64,000 bases of DNA from Chloroflexota bacterium (GCA_018648225.1 JABGRQ010000199.1:6606-70605); one strand, 5' to 3'; positions 19,062 to 30,801 are shown, counted from the stretch's first letter. Numbers and translations: made by a program. The notes: generated by a model not told the origin, from the sequence alone.

Positions 19062-19982
19062 TCAATTTCTCCGAGTCATTTCTCGCAACATCTGTGGATA
19101 ACTCTGTTGATAATGTTGATGAAACCGCTCCAACCCTGTGGATATTGTGGGGGGTATTGTGCCTAAATCGTGGATAAGTTTATCCACGCTCATCGTCAAA
19201 TTGGGGGAACGCGTAGCCCGCAGACCCGCGGCAGAAACAGCGATGGGCGCGATCAGCTCGGGGTTGAGTGCAAATTTTTGAGCGATTTCTACCCCGAAAG
19301 TGTACTTGCTCATATGATCGCTGCTGAAAACATGGTACAACCCGCTCAACCCCTTGGAAAGCATCTGCAAGAAGATATGCGCCATATCATTGGCATATAA
19401 TGGACAAAAATATACATCCGTAAAGCCTTTAACTGACGCCCCGGCCTGGAGATTATAGAAAAAGAACTCTGCCAGACTACGTTGACCGAGCAGGCTCCAG
19501 CCAAACAAGTTGACTCTGACAATGATCGCATCGGGGTTGGCTTCCTGCACGGCGCGCTCCCCGGCCAGCTTGGTTTGAGCATAAACGCTCAGGGGATTCG
19601 GCGCATCTTCTTCAGTGTAGTTCCCCGTCACGCCATCAAAGACCGCATCCGTAGAAACATGCAACAGGCGCGCTCCGCCCCTGGCGACATAGCGAGCCAG
19701 TTTCCGGGGAAGATCAATATTCAATTCCCCGGCCAGTTCGGGGTCTTTCTCACAAGCTTCTAAATTTGCCAGGGCGGCACAATGGATTACCCAATCGGGT
19801 TGTACGTTATCGAAAAGGCGTTCTACTGTGCCGGGGGTACGCAGGTCTACCTGTTGAACCGAGAAAGCCTGTGTTTTCAAGGGGTGACGGTTGACAATGC
19901 CAACCACGTCATGATTTTGAGCAGCTTCTAAAGCAATATTGATACCCAGCAAGCCGCTTACCCCGGTCACTAAAATTTTCAT
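19062..19982 (-). CDS. RmlD-like NAD(P)-dependent sugar 4-reductase (SDR)
   Basis: MKILVTGVSGLLG...STDAVFDG...YAQTKLAGE (YxxxK). ATG at 19982; the track start is a GTG 2 codons upstream. Confidence 0.7.
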   Translation of the reverse strand: MKILVTGVSGLLGINIALEAAQNHDVVGIVNRHPLKTQAFSVQQVDLRTPGTVERLFDNVQPDWVIHCAALANLEACEKDPELAGELNIDLPRKLARYVARGGARLLHVSTDAVFDGVTGNYTEEDAPNPLSVYAQTKLAGERAVQEANPDAIIVRVNLFGWSLLGQRSLAEFFFYNLQAGASVKGFTDVYFCPLYANDMAHIFLQMLSKGLSGLYHVFSSDHMSKYTFGVEIAQKFALNPELIAPIAVSAAGLRATRSPNLTMSVDKLIHDLGTIPPTISTGLERFHQHYQQSYPQMLREMTRRN

Positions 19983-20049
19983 AAACACTTGCCCATATGC
20001 ATTGCTAACGGGCCACGATTGAATCGTCGAGGCTATTCAAACTTGAGGG

Positions 20050-21057
20050 TCATGTTAATTTTCCTTGAGCAAATTCCTCCTCAAATGGAGCAATAATCTT
20101 TTTAATTTCGTCCAGTTCCAACCATTCAGTGTTTTTATCACTGGAATAGCGGAAACCATCGAGAACGGGGTCCCCTTTTTCTTGCCACTCACCACCGAAC
20201 CAGAACGCTTCCACCGGAAGAACTACATACATATCGTCGAGTTCAATCGTCGAGCGTGATTCGTCACGCGAAATCATCATCTCATGCAATTTTTCCCCGG
20301 GGCGGATTCCGACTATATCGAGTTCAGCATTGGGAGCAATGGCTTTTGCTAAATCAACAACTTTCATGCTGGGAATTTTGGGGACGAAGACTTCCCCGCC
20401 CTGCATGTGTTCAATATTCTTGATGACAAAGCGTACACCTTGTTCTAGCGAAAGCCAGAAACGAGTCATGCGGTCATCGGTAACGCTCAGTGTGCCGCTG
20501 TCGCGCTGGCGCAGAAAAACTGGTACAACACTGCCCCGGCTGCCCACCACATTACCATAACGCACACAACTCAGGCGGGTGGCATATTTTCCGGCGTAGG
20601 CGTTGCTTTGTACAACCAGTTTTTCGGCAGCCAATTTCGTAGCCCCATAGAGATTCACCGGGCTGACCGCTTTGTCGGTACTCAGCGCGAGTACTTTTTT
20701 GACTCCGCTGTCGAGGGCGGCATTAACCACGTTGCTGCTGCCAAGAATATTGGTTTTGATGGCTTCCATCGGGTTGTATTCACACGCTGGAACCTGCTTG
20801 AGGGCGGCGGCATGAACCACAATATCCACCCCTTGCATGGCGCGCTTCATACGTTCCAAATCGCGCACATCGCCAATGAAATAGCGCAAATTGGGGTGAT
20901 CGTAGCCAGCGGTGCGCATTTCGTGTTGTTTGAGTTCATCACGGCTGTAAACAATTATCTTTTTGGGCTGATATTCATCCATCAAGATGCGAATGAATTT
21001 TTTACCAAATGAGCCGGTGCCACCGGTAACGAGGACAACTTGTTCTTTCCAGTTCAT
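20050..21057 (-). CDS. pseB: UDP-N-acetylglucosamine 4,6-dehydratase, PseB/FlaA1/CapD-short type
   Basis: VLVTGGTGSFGKKF...YSRDELKQHEM...GDVRD...STDKAVSPVNLYGATKL...RYGNVVGSRGSV. Confidence 0.75.
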   Translation of the reverse strand: MNWKEQVVLVTGGTGSFGKKFIRILMDEYQPKKIIVYSRDELKQHEMRTAGYDHPNLRYFIGDVRDLERMKRAMQGVDIVVHAAALKQVPACEYNPMEAIKTNILGSSNVVNAALDSGVKKVLALSTDKAVSPVNLYGATKLAAEKLVVQSNAYAGKYATRLSCVRYGNVVGSRGSVVPVFLRQRDSGTLSVTDDRMTRFWLSLEQGVRFVIKNIEHMQGGEVFVPKIPSMKVVDLAKAIAPNAELDIVGIRPGEKLHEMMISRDESRSTIELDDMYVVLPVEAFWFGGEWQEKGDPVLDGFRYSSDKNTEWLELDEIKKIIAPFEEEFAQGKLT

Positions 21058-21085
21058 ATCAACTCCACAAGTATTATTTTTTTCT

Positions 21086-21128
21086 CACCACAAAGACACA
21101 AAGCTTTTTTTCTTCGTGTCTTCGTGGT
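21086..21128. repeat. R-family composite hairpin, copy 6 (short)
   Basis: CACCACAAAGACACAAAG CTTTTTTT CTTCGTGTCTTCGTGGT. Confidence 0.9.
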
Positions 21129-21138
21129 AGATGTTCTT

Positions 21139-22008
21139 TCAATCTTTCCGAATCACGACCAACGGATACTGCCCGTTTTCGCCAAAGTAACGCGGGGCGC
21201 GCGCTTCGAGCCAGAATAACAGGCGCAGTAATATGCGCCCACCAAAACCGGAATGTACAAAAGTACGCAAGTGTTTTACACTGACGGCGCGCCAGACGAA
21301 GATGTCAAACGCCAGGATTGGAGTAAGCTGGTCTTTGAGCCACTCAGCATCGTATTTGCGTACGAAGGTGCTTTTGCGCTGTTCACTCTCCGGAGTTGGG
21401 GAGGGTTTCGCCGGGTGTAGCGGTGCCTGAATGCCAAAGATGCGCCGTAGAATGCCAATAATGCGATTCATCCAGCGCATGGGTTTGACTAATAACCGCG
21501 GGATGCGCGCATCCCCCCAGCCATTGACCACCACCCCTGTCGAATCAACCTTCAGGACACGGTACAACTCCTGATAAGCAGGGATGTGCTCATCCTGCGG
21601 CAGGTGATGCAGCGTGTGCAGCGAGACCAGTCCATCGAACACATCGTTGGCAAAGGGTAAATGAGCCACATCAGCAACCACGCACAGGGCATGGCCTTCG
21701 CCAGCGCGCTTGCGAGCATCTTTCAGGGCGACGTGCGAAATATCGGCACAGACACGAAAATCATAGCCCTGTGAGTAGGTCAAATATTCCGGGTACTGGA
21801 TCGGGCCAGAACCAGCATCGAGCAAAAAATGCCCTGTCGGTTTGAGATGCCGATTGACGCGTAAATGACAGCGATGAATATAATCACGCGAGACCGGGCG
21901 CAAGTCTTCGTAGCGCGCATTTTGATACACACCCTCGCCGACTTCCTGCCACCCCACCTGATCGTAGAATTCGCGAACTTCTTGTTTTATGTCTGCTTCC
22001 GTACTCAT
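21139..22008 (-). CDS. class I SAM-dependent methyltransferase
   Basis: LLDAGSGPIQY (motif I), FDGLVSLHTLHHL. ATG 22008 (MSTEAD) has AGGA 8 nt upstream and lies 8 nt past the upstream stop. Confidence 0.75.
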   Translation of the reverse strand: MSTEADIKQEVREFYDQVGWQEVGEGVYQNARYEDLRPVSRDYIHRCHLRVNRHLKPTGHFLLDAGSGPIQYPEYLTYSQGYDFRVCADISHVALKDARKRAGEGHALCVVADVAHLPFANDVFDGLVSLHTLHHLPQDEHIPAYQELYRVLKVDSTGVVVNGWGDARIPRLLVKPMRWMNRIIGILRRIFGIQAPLHPAKPSPTPESEQRKSTFVRKYDAEWLKDQLTPILAFDIFVWRAVSVKHLRTFVHSGFGGRILLRLLFWLEARAPRYFGENGQYPLVVIRKD

Positions 22009-22015
22009 GCCTGTC

Positions 22016-23023
22016 CTATAAATCAATCCCGGAAATATCCGTAGGGTCAATATTTGATAATACGTGGCGATAATAACTCAGCCACCCGCGAAAAATATGC
22101 AAACTTGAGGCCAGTGATGGCTTTGTTTCAGTTAAGTAGTCCGAACGCTGCATGGTTCTTCCAGTAATTTGCTCGATGGTCTGTGTTTCTAGTAGGGTGA
22201 GTTCGTCTTTCCAGCGTGCAACCGGCTGAGTGCTGATACCTGCCAACGAATCGGTAAAGGTCGAATTGCCTTCCCAGGGCATGCCCAACTCCGAAGGGGT
22301 TTTTAAAGTATCCGCGTACTCAATTTCCAGGAAACTCGTCAATTCTGTCAGGGCATTTTCCGGATTCTGTACCAGGTGCTCGTATTTGAAGATCAAATAC
22401 CGACCGTGGCCATATTTGCGCTGATTCGCCCATCCCTGTTCGGCGCTTTTTTGCCAACGCAGGGCAAATTTGCGCGGCAGCACTTTTTTACGCCGAGGGT
22501 GATAGGAAACAAAAACATCGCGCGGATCGCGCATCACATGGATGCAGCGCGCTTCCGGCCACCAATTGAAAATCTGCTCGGCGAAGAATTCATTGAAAAT
22601 CGATTTTTCCAGCCAGTAGCACGTTTCGGGGCCGATCAACTGGTATACCTGTCCAAACGCCAGAATCACCGCAGCCAATAAATCGCCGTCGTGACGATAG
22701 CCATAATCCTGAACATGCTGCTGAACCGCCAGACAGATTTGGGCGAAGGCTTGAATTTTGCGTGCCTCGGCAGGGAATTGCTCGAATTCGGCAGCCATCT
22801 CTGGGCGCAGTTTAAAGAACTGGAGTAAATATCTGGCAGCAAATTCAATGCGCTTATCGGCATTCAGTTTGGCGGCCTGAGGTAAAAATCCGCGGAAAAA
22901 GAAACTCTCAAACGGATATACAACGACCTGAGGATGCCCGTCAAACAAGGAGCGCAGCAAGCTGGTGCCAGAACGCGGATGACCACATAAAAAGATGGGG
23001 CGGTCGCGCAGGCTTTCAATCAC
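22016..23023 (-). CDS. sulfotransferase-family protein
   Basis: FLCGHPRSGTSLLRSL (PAPS 5-prime phosphosulfate loop) and HVMRDPRDVFVS. GTG start. Confidence 0.8.
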   Translation of the reverse strand: MIESLRDRPIFLCGHPRSGTSLLRSLFDGHPQVVVYPFESFFFRGFLPQAAKLNADKRIEFAARYLLQFFKLRPEMAAEFEQFPAEARKIQAFAQICLAVQQHVQDYGYRHDGDLLAAVILAFGQVYQLIGPETCYWLEKSIFNEFFAEQIFNWWPEARCIHVMRDPRDVFVSYHPRRKKVLPRKFALRWQKSAEQGWANQRKYGHGRYLIFKYEHLVQNPENALTELTSFLEIEYADTLKTPSELGMPWEGNSTFTDSLAGISTQPVARWKDELTLLETQTIEQITGRTMQRSDYLTETKPSLASSLHIFRGWLSYYRHVLSNIDPTDISGIDL

Positions 23024-23025
23024 GG

Positions 23026-24633
23026 CTACTCGTCTCCTGCCGCAGACAAAGACCAGTCAATGGGATCACCGACCAGATAGCGGAAGGTATTGCCAAAACG
23101 CGCCATCCCTTCCGGGCTGAAGACGCGCTCAATGCTCCAGTCTTCGACACTTTTCCAGATATTGGGCACACGCCAGGGGTAAGGTTGTGGATACTCGAAG
23201 AAAAAGCGGTAAGCGTAACACCAGGCTAATTCCACTTGTTCTTCGGATAAATAATAGTCCTTCGGGTTTTGCAGCACATTTTCCAAGAGTTCGAAAAATC
23301 CATCCCAAGATTCGGCATCCAGAGTAAAGCCTTTGCCGCGGTAGTGCGTCTGGCCGGATACGATGACCGGCTTGCCAATTAAGGCCATCTCCATACCAGT
23401 AGTGGTGGTGAACACCAGGCCAAAATCGGCGGCGTCTACCAGATCGTAGGTATTGACAGTCGAATCGGCAGGCAGAACGCGCACATTTTCGGGAAATTCT
23501 TTGAAGCGTTCCAGCAATATATCGTAGACTGAAAGCCCCCAGCCGACGCGCTCGCCCGGATGCACGCGGATGACCAGTTGCGCTTCGGGGTGCTGACCAA
23601 AGAATTTAATTGTGCGCGTCATCCATTCGGTCATCGATTCGCTAAAGAGATGGCGGCCCAATGTTAAGCTGTCACCCAGCACATTGGCAGGAATCAACAC
23701 CAGGGGACGAGAATCCAGCCCGAGGTCGCGCCGCACCGCGCTCCCACCTACTTTGGGCGCATCCTGCCATTGGCGGGCGAAATTCTGCCACAAATTCGCT
23801 CCCTGCCGGGAAGCAAATAACTTTTCGATGCGTTCCTTTTCGATCGCGGTCAATGGCGTTTTGCCGCGCGCTTCCCACAAAGCCGAAGTATCCTGCCGCA
23901 TAACATCATCATTTTGCGCCATCCACATGCGGCTGTCTTGCTCACCGAATTCGTAGGTGTTAACCGGGATGCCCAGATAACGCGCCACACGGTAGGTGAT
24001 GCCAAACTCCAGAATACTGCCATTGGGCACGACGACAACATCGGGACGCTGTTTTTGCATATAGGCCAGCATCCGGCGGGCGTGAACTTCATTGCGCGCC
24101 TGACGCAGATAATACAGGTCGCTCTCGGGGTCAATATCTTCACGCAGCAGGCTGTATTGCGTATCACGGAAAGCCGCCGCGGGCATCTGCGCAGCCAGTT
24201 CAGCGGGGAGTACCCGCGCCTGGGGCGCATCGAGCAAGGATTCGATCTGGATAAAGGGCTTGACTTGCTCGACAACACTCTTGACGTACATATCTTGGCG
24301 ACGCAAATCGAAGCGGTTGATATGCTTTTTCCAGTGGGCATAGGGCAGGTAGGTGAGGGTCACATCGTGCCCCAACGCGGCCAGCGCCAAACTGGTGATA
24401 AGGGTGTGTTCCAGCCAATAGCGCAGCACGCCAAATACCAGCACGCGTTTGGGCTGTTGCGCGTCAGTTTTCGCCGCCTGAGCCTGTTCCAACCATTGCG
24501 GTATATACTTTTCGAGGTTATCCAGGTGATAGCCCCCCACTGGCGGCTCGCTATTCTGGCGCAGCAGCCAGTAGAGTTCGGCGGTCAGAGGCAGTTCGCC
24601 CAGAATTTTTTTTGCGGTTTCTTTTGCAATCAT
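23026..24633 (-). CDS. capsule-synthesis (KpsC/KpsS, PF05159-like) GT-B protein
   Basis: LVIRVHPGE...TYDLVDAADFGLVFTTTTGMEMALIGKPVIVSGQTHYRGKGFT resembles the HP...SxxGxEAL...G.P.Y.G.G.T pattern. Confidence 0.5.
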   Translation of the reverse strand: MIAKETAKKILGELPLTAELYWLLRQNSEPPVGGYHLDNLEKYIPQWLEQAQAAKTDAQQPKRVLVFGVLRYWLEHTLITSLALAALGHDVTLTYLPYAHWKKHINRFDLRRQDMYVKSVVEQVKPFIQIESLLDAPQARVLPAELAAQMPAAAFRDTQYSLLREDIDPESDLYYLRQARNEVHARRMLAYMQKQRPDVVVVPNGSILEFGITYRVARYLGIPVNTYEFGEQDSRMWMAQNDDVMRQDTSALWEARGKTPLTAIEKERIEKLFASRQGANLWQNFARQWQDAPKVGGSAVRRDLGLDSRPLVLIPANVLGDSLTLGRHLFSESMTEWMTRTIKFFGQHPEAQLVIRVHPGERVGWGLSVYDILLERFKEFPENVRVLPADSTVNTYDLVDAADFGLVFTTTTGMEMALIGKPVIVSGQTHYRGKGFTLDAESWDGFFELLENVLQNPKDYYLSEEQVELAWCYAYRFFFEYPQPYPWRVPNIWKSVEDWSIERVFSPEGMARFGNTFRYLVGDPIDWSLSAAGDE

Positions 24634-24646
24634 TCAAATTTCCATA

Positions 24647-24690
24647 AGGAAGCCAGGAAACCAGGAGAAAATTCCTGGCTTCGTGGTTTC
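24647..24690. repeat. X-family hairpin (CCAGGAAA units)
   Basis: AGGAAGCCAGGAAACCAGGAG AAAATT CCTGGCTTCGTGGTTTC. Confidence 0.75.
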
Positions 24691-24694
24691 ATCA

Positions 24695-26020
24695 TCATTT
24701 ACGATTTTTTTCTTCGATGCGCCATTGCAAACGCGGGCGGATCAAACCCACGCGCCGCTCCGACCACTGCTTTCCGGGTGCGCCCATGCCATCTACGTTG
24801 AAAGTCAGGGCACGTTCATCCATGAAATAACGTTTCACACGGAAAGAACTGGCGTTCAAACCCACAGTATAGCGACCTTCGTTGAGCAAATCCGGGGGAA
24901 TGGTGCAAATGCTGCAATAATGCCCCGCCGGGCGGATACCAAATTGATTGTATTGTTCTGGCTCGTCGGTGTCGAAGGATGTAAAGACGTACTCGCCGCG
25001 GGCGCTCATCAGATACAGGCCAACGCGCAGCCCCTGGATGGGTTCGGCGAGTTCGTACTCGACCTCGAGGTGGATTGCCTCGGTGGAGCGGACGACATCC
25101 ACGTTGTTTTGGCGTGCATCCCGCACGCGTAGCGCAATGGGGGTAAATGGCGCGGCGGCGTCAGGAATCTCATCGACTTCCCATTTGCGCTCTCCGGCTT
25201 CGGAAAAACCAGATGTCATATAGTAATCTACGGCTTCGACGGTTGGGGCGCGATATACGATCTTGCCGCCTTCTAACACAATCGCTTCCTCGGTCAGGCG
25301 TAAAATGGCCGACATATCATGGCTGACAAAAAGCACCGTGCGGCCTTCCTGAGCCACATCACTCATCTTGCCGATGCACTTGCGCTGGAATTCAGCATCA
25401 CCCACAGCCAAAACTTCATCCACAACGAGAATCTCCGGCTCCAAATGGGCCGCCACGGCGAAGGCCAACCGCAAATACATACCGCTGGAATAGCGTTTGA
25501 CCGGCGTATCAATAAATTGCTCCACACCCGAGAAATCCACGATCTCGTCGTATTTGCCATCGATTTCGTTACGCTTCATACCCAAAATGGCGCCATTGAG
25601 ATAGATATTCTCGCGCCCGGTTAGTTCGGGGTGGAAGCCAGTCCCGACTTCGAGTAGAGAACCCACTCGACCGCGAATCTCAACTTCACCAACAGTCGGT
25701 TCGGTGACGCGCGAAAGCACTTTGAGTAGGGTACTTTTTCCGGCTCCGTTGCGACCAATCACGCCCAACACGGAGCCTTGTTCTACAGTGAAGGAAACAT
25801 CACGCAACGCCCAAATCGTATCAGATTGCTCCGCGCCCGTAGGAGCCAGCCCGCGGCGGATGCGTTGAATCGGCCAGGTTGCGACATTGACAATACTCTC
25901 GCGCAGCGTACGATATTTTTCCGGCGCGATGCCGATGCGGTATTGTTTGCCGAGGTTTTCTACTCGGATAGCAAGGCCATCCGGCGACGGAGGACCGAGG
26001 ACGTGGGACGGGGGAGTCAT
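24695..26020 (-). CDS. wzt: glycan ABC exporter ATP-binding protein with extended C-terminal domain (Wzt/TagH type)
   Basis: Walker A GRNGAGKSTLL, signature YSSGM, Walker B ILVVDE, plus ~180 extra C-terminal residues. Confidence 0.85.
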   Translation of the reverse strand: MTPPSHVLGPPSPDGLAIRVENLGKQYRIGIAPEKYRTLRESIVNVATWPIQRIRRGLAPTGAEQSDTIWALRDVSFTVEQGSVLGVIGRNGAGKSTLLKVLSRVTEPTVGEVEIRGRVGSLLEVGTGFHPELTGRENIYLNGAILGMKRNEIDGKYDEIVDFSGVEQFIDTPVKRYSSGMYLRLAFAVAAHLEPEILVVDEVLAVGDAEFQRKCIGKMSDVAQEGRTVLFVSHDMSAILRLTEEAIVLEGGKIVYRAPTVEAVDYYMTSGFSEAGERKWEVDEIPDAAAPFTPIALRVRDARQNNVDVVRSTEAIHLEVEYELAEPIQGLRVGLYLMSARGEYVFTSFDTDEPEQYNQFGIRPAGHYCSICTIPPDLLNEGRYTVGLNASSFRVKRYFMDERALTFNVDGMGAPGKQWSERRVGLIRPRLQWRIEEKNRK

Positions 26021-26116
26021 TTACGATTTCTCTTTCGGAAAGCTTGTAGTTTTATAAAGAATTGATGACCGCTATCTATCACGGCGTTTAGATCATCGGG
26101 TTTCATACTCCCGTCC

Positions 26117-26977
26117 TTAAACCATATCCGCAAATGTACGTTCCATGCGACGGAAATAGAACAAGCCGGAGACCAGCACCACAATCGCCACGCCGACCGA
26201 AATCGCCATGGTAACAGATGCCGAAGGGTCTAACTCTATGCCAAGCAGCGCCCAGCGGAAACCATCCACCGCCCCCGCCATTGGGTTGAGGGCGTAGATC
26301 AACTTCCAGGTTCCGGTGATATACCCGGCAGAGTAGGCTACGGGTGTGAGGTATTTCCACATTTCAGTGATAAAAGGCAGCATATAGCCAACATCGCGGT
26401 ATAGCACATTCAGTGAAGAGAACCACAATCCAACACCTAGCGCCGTAATCATGGTCAACAACAAGAAGAGCGGCAGCGTCCAAATGGCCGGGGTCAGGGG
26501 AATTTTATAGTAAAACAACATCCCGATGAGAACCAAGAAAGCGATGAAAAAATCTACCAGTCCACTGAGTACTGTTGATATGGGAATCACCAAACGCGGG
26601 AAGTAGATTTTGGTAATCATATTACGATTGGAGACCATCGAGCGCCCGGTATCGTTCATTGCTTTGGAAAATAACTGCCAGGGCAAAAGCGCCGCGTAGG
26701 TAAAGACCGTGTAAGGAACACCTTCTGAATCCAGATTCGCCAATTGACCAAATATCAACGCGTAGACGAGCATCGACATTACCGGACGAATAATTGCCCA
26801 GGCCATCCCCAGAACTGTTTGTTTGTAGCGCACTTTAATATCGCGCCAAGTGAGAAAGAAAATTAACTCACGATAACGCCACAAATCGCCCAGATTCAAT
26901 GCCGTCCAGCCGCGCGTGGGGCGCAGGAGGATCGTTTCGGCAGGGGCCGTGATGGGAGTAGGGGAAGTTTCAGTCAT
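26117..26977 (-). CDS. wzm: ABC-2 type glycan exporter permease
   Basis: LWRYRELIFFLTWRDIKVRYKQTVLGMAWAII...KIYFPRLVIP with 6 hydrophobic segments. Confidence 0.85.
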   Translation of the reverse strand: MTETSPTPITAPAETILLRPTRGWTALNLGDLWRYRELIFFLTWRDIKVRYKQTVLGMAWAIIRPVMSMLVYALIFGQLANLDSEGVPYTVFTYAALLPWQLFSKAMNDTGRSMVSNRNMITKIYFPRLVIPISTVLSGLVDFFIAFLVLIGMLFYYKIPLTPAIWTLPLFLLLTMITALGVGLWFSSLNVLYRDVGYMLPFITEMWKYLTPVAYSAGYITGTWKLIYALNPMAGAVDGFRWALLGIELDPSASVTMAISVGVAIVVLVSGLFYFRRMERTFADMV

Positions 26978-26980
26978 AAG

Positions 26981-27050
26981 GGTTGAAGGTTAAAAATTGA
27001 AGGTTGAAGGTTGAAGGTATATAAAATTTTCAACCTTCAACCTGTAACCT
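26981..27050. repeat. S-family composite hairpin, copy 2
   Basis: GGTTGAAGGTTAAAAATTGAAGGTTGAAGGTTGAAGGT ATATAAAATTTT CAACCTTCAACCTGTAACCT. Confidence 0.85.
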
Positions 27051-27060
27051 TAAACTCGTA

Positions 27061-29102
<2,042 letters not shown>

Positions 29103-29197
29103 ATTTTTTTCCTTCTATTCAACAACCAGGAAACCATGTTTTTTCCTGCAATCCAGACTCCCTAACAAAGAAATTGTTTAGCTTTGAACTGAAAGAG

Positions 29198-29254
29198 GCC
29201 GAAAAAAGGGGTGTGCGTGGGGGCTGCGCCCCCACGCACACCCCTTTTTTCGGC
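29198..29254. terminator. bidirectional intrinsic-terminator-like perfect palindrome
   Basis: GCCGAAAAAAGGGGTGTGCGTGGGGGC TGC GCCCCCACGCACACCCCTTTTTTCGGC. 27-bp perfect stem, 3-nt loop, with A6/T6 tracts flanking the GC core on both strands. Confidence 0.75.
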
Positions 29255-29311
29255 ATTTTCTTTGCGAAGACATTAGCCTGAGCAGTTACCAAATACTAAC
29301 TCAATCCTGCT

Positions 29312-30322
29312 TCACTGCACGATAAAACGCGCATTGCGATAACGCGGATCGGTGGGGTTGCGGATCAGGCCATTTTGCAGAGCCAGCAGAATTTCGCGCA
29401 CACCATTATCCACCGTGTAGCGGGCAGTAAAACCCAACTCGCGCTGGATTTTCTCGAACGAAACGGCAATATCGCGCATATCGCCGCCGAAGGTAATATC
29501 TTTATTATCAACAATCGTCTCCGGCAGGCGTTTGAGGATTAGCTGCACCACCTGATCTTTGGTCAGGTTGCCATCATCCGCGCCGACATTGTAAATTTGC
29601 CCGCGGATTTTCTCCAGCGGCGCTCGAAGACCCAAAATAATACCATGAACCGAGTCGGCAATGTGGACAAAAGAGCGCGAGTAACCGCGTTGATAAATCA
29701 TCAAGCGCCGCTTTGTGAAGGCATCCAGCACAAACTGATTGACGATGAGATCGAAACGTGGACGCGGCGAGAGGCCATAAAGCGTCGCCGGGCGGAATAT
29801 CAGCGGCGCACATGTGCTGCTTTCCGACTGCGCCAGCAAATAACGTTCTGAGGCAACTTTCGTTTCGGCATACAGCGATTGCGGGTTTACTGGCGTCTCT
29901 TCCGTTACAGGATTTCCATCCATGGAAAGGCCATAATTACTATACGTAGAGATGTAGATGAAACGCTCCACGCCCATATTTTCGGCCTGCTCGAAAACTC
30001 GCTGAGTCGATTCGACGTTATAGCGCCAAGCCACCTGTCGTCCTACCGACTGACAGGCCGGAAATCCAGCAATCGCAGCCAGATGTATTACGGCTGCGGG
30101 CACAGGCCAATCATCGGGTGCGGCAGTGCGGATGGCGCGGTTTTCACAGACATCGGCTTTGACGAAATGAAAATCATCATTGGGCAAATAGGCCAACAGC
30201 GACTCACCGCCATAGAGCAGATCATCCACTACAGTCACGCGATGCCCTCGACGCAGCAATTCGCCAGTTAGATACGAACCAATATACCCTGCCCCTCCGG
30301 TAATCAGAATATGCTCGCTCAT
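29312..30322 (-). CDS. NAD-dependent sugar epimerase/dehydratase (extended SDR)
   Basis: ILITGGAGYIGSYL...YAETKVASE. ATGA overlap with the regulator gene upstream. Confidence 0.8.
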   Translation of the reverse strand: MSEHILITGGAGYIGSYLTGELLRRGHRVTVVDDLLYGGESLLAYLPNDDFHFVKADVCENRAIRTAAPDDWPVPAAVIHLAAIAGFPACQSVGRQVAWRYNVESTQRVFEQAENMGVERFIYISTYSNYGLSMDGNPVTEETPVNPQSLYAETKVASERYLLAQSESSTCAPLIFRPATLYGLSPRPRFDLIVNQFVLDAFTKRRLMIYQRGYSRSFVHIADSVHGIILGLRAPLEKIRGQIYNVGADDGNLTKDQVVQLILKRLPETIVDNKDITFGGDMRDIAVSFEKIQRELGFTARYTVDNGVREILLALQNGLIRNPTDPRYRNARFIVQ

Positions 30323-30801
30323 GGCTGCATCTCCTTCTCTGAACGGTAAACTCGCCAGCCGCGTATTTCCAGTGCGGGTGCGGCTGGGTCACCTTCAACG
30401 CCCATACCTTGTTCCAGGCACGTCAGACGAATCACATCCACCAGATCGCCGTTGCCCAAAATGCGGATGCTTTCATAACCTTCAGTGCGAATATCCATCA
30501 GCAGTTCCAACGTCCGGCGGCGGGTGCGGCGGAAAAGCAACATCGAGTTTTCCACATAATTCACAGTCAACTGAGCGCGAAAAGCCAGCCCCTCGGGGGT
30601 GATGATATAGCGCAGCTTTTTGCGCTCAGCGCGTTTCAGCTTAATGAAACCTTTTTCGACCAGGCGCTTAATATGCCAATTGACCGTACCAACGGCCACA
30701 TCCAGCTTGTCAGCCAAAGTAGTCTGATTCACATCGGGGTTCTGTTCAATGGTTTCGAGCAGAAGCAACTCGCGGGTTTCGTGTGCGTCATCCAGATTCA
30801 T
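30319..30801 (-). CDS. winged-helix (MarR-like, EPS-locus type) transcriptional regulator with extra C-terminal domain
   Basis: LLLLETIEQNPDVNQTTLADKLDVAVGTVNWHIKRLVEKGFIKLKR. Start set at the internal ATG (MNLDDA); the longer track ORF would run through the 30886-30917 hairpin. Confidence 0.65.
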   Translation of the reverse strand: MNLDDAHETRELLLLETIEQNPDVNQTTLADKLDVAVGTVNWHIKRLVEKGFIKLKRAERKKLRYIITPEGLAFRAQLTVNYVENSMLLFRRTRRRTLELLMDIRTEGYESIRILGNGDLVDVIRLTCLEQGMGVEGDPAAPALEIRGWRVYRSEKEMQP

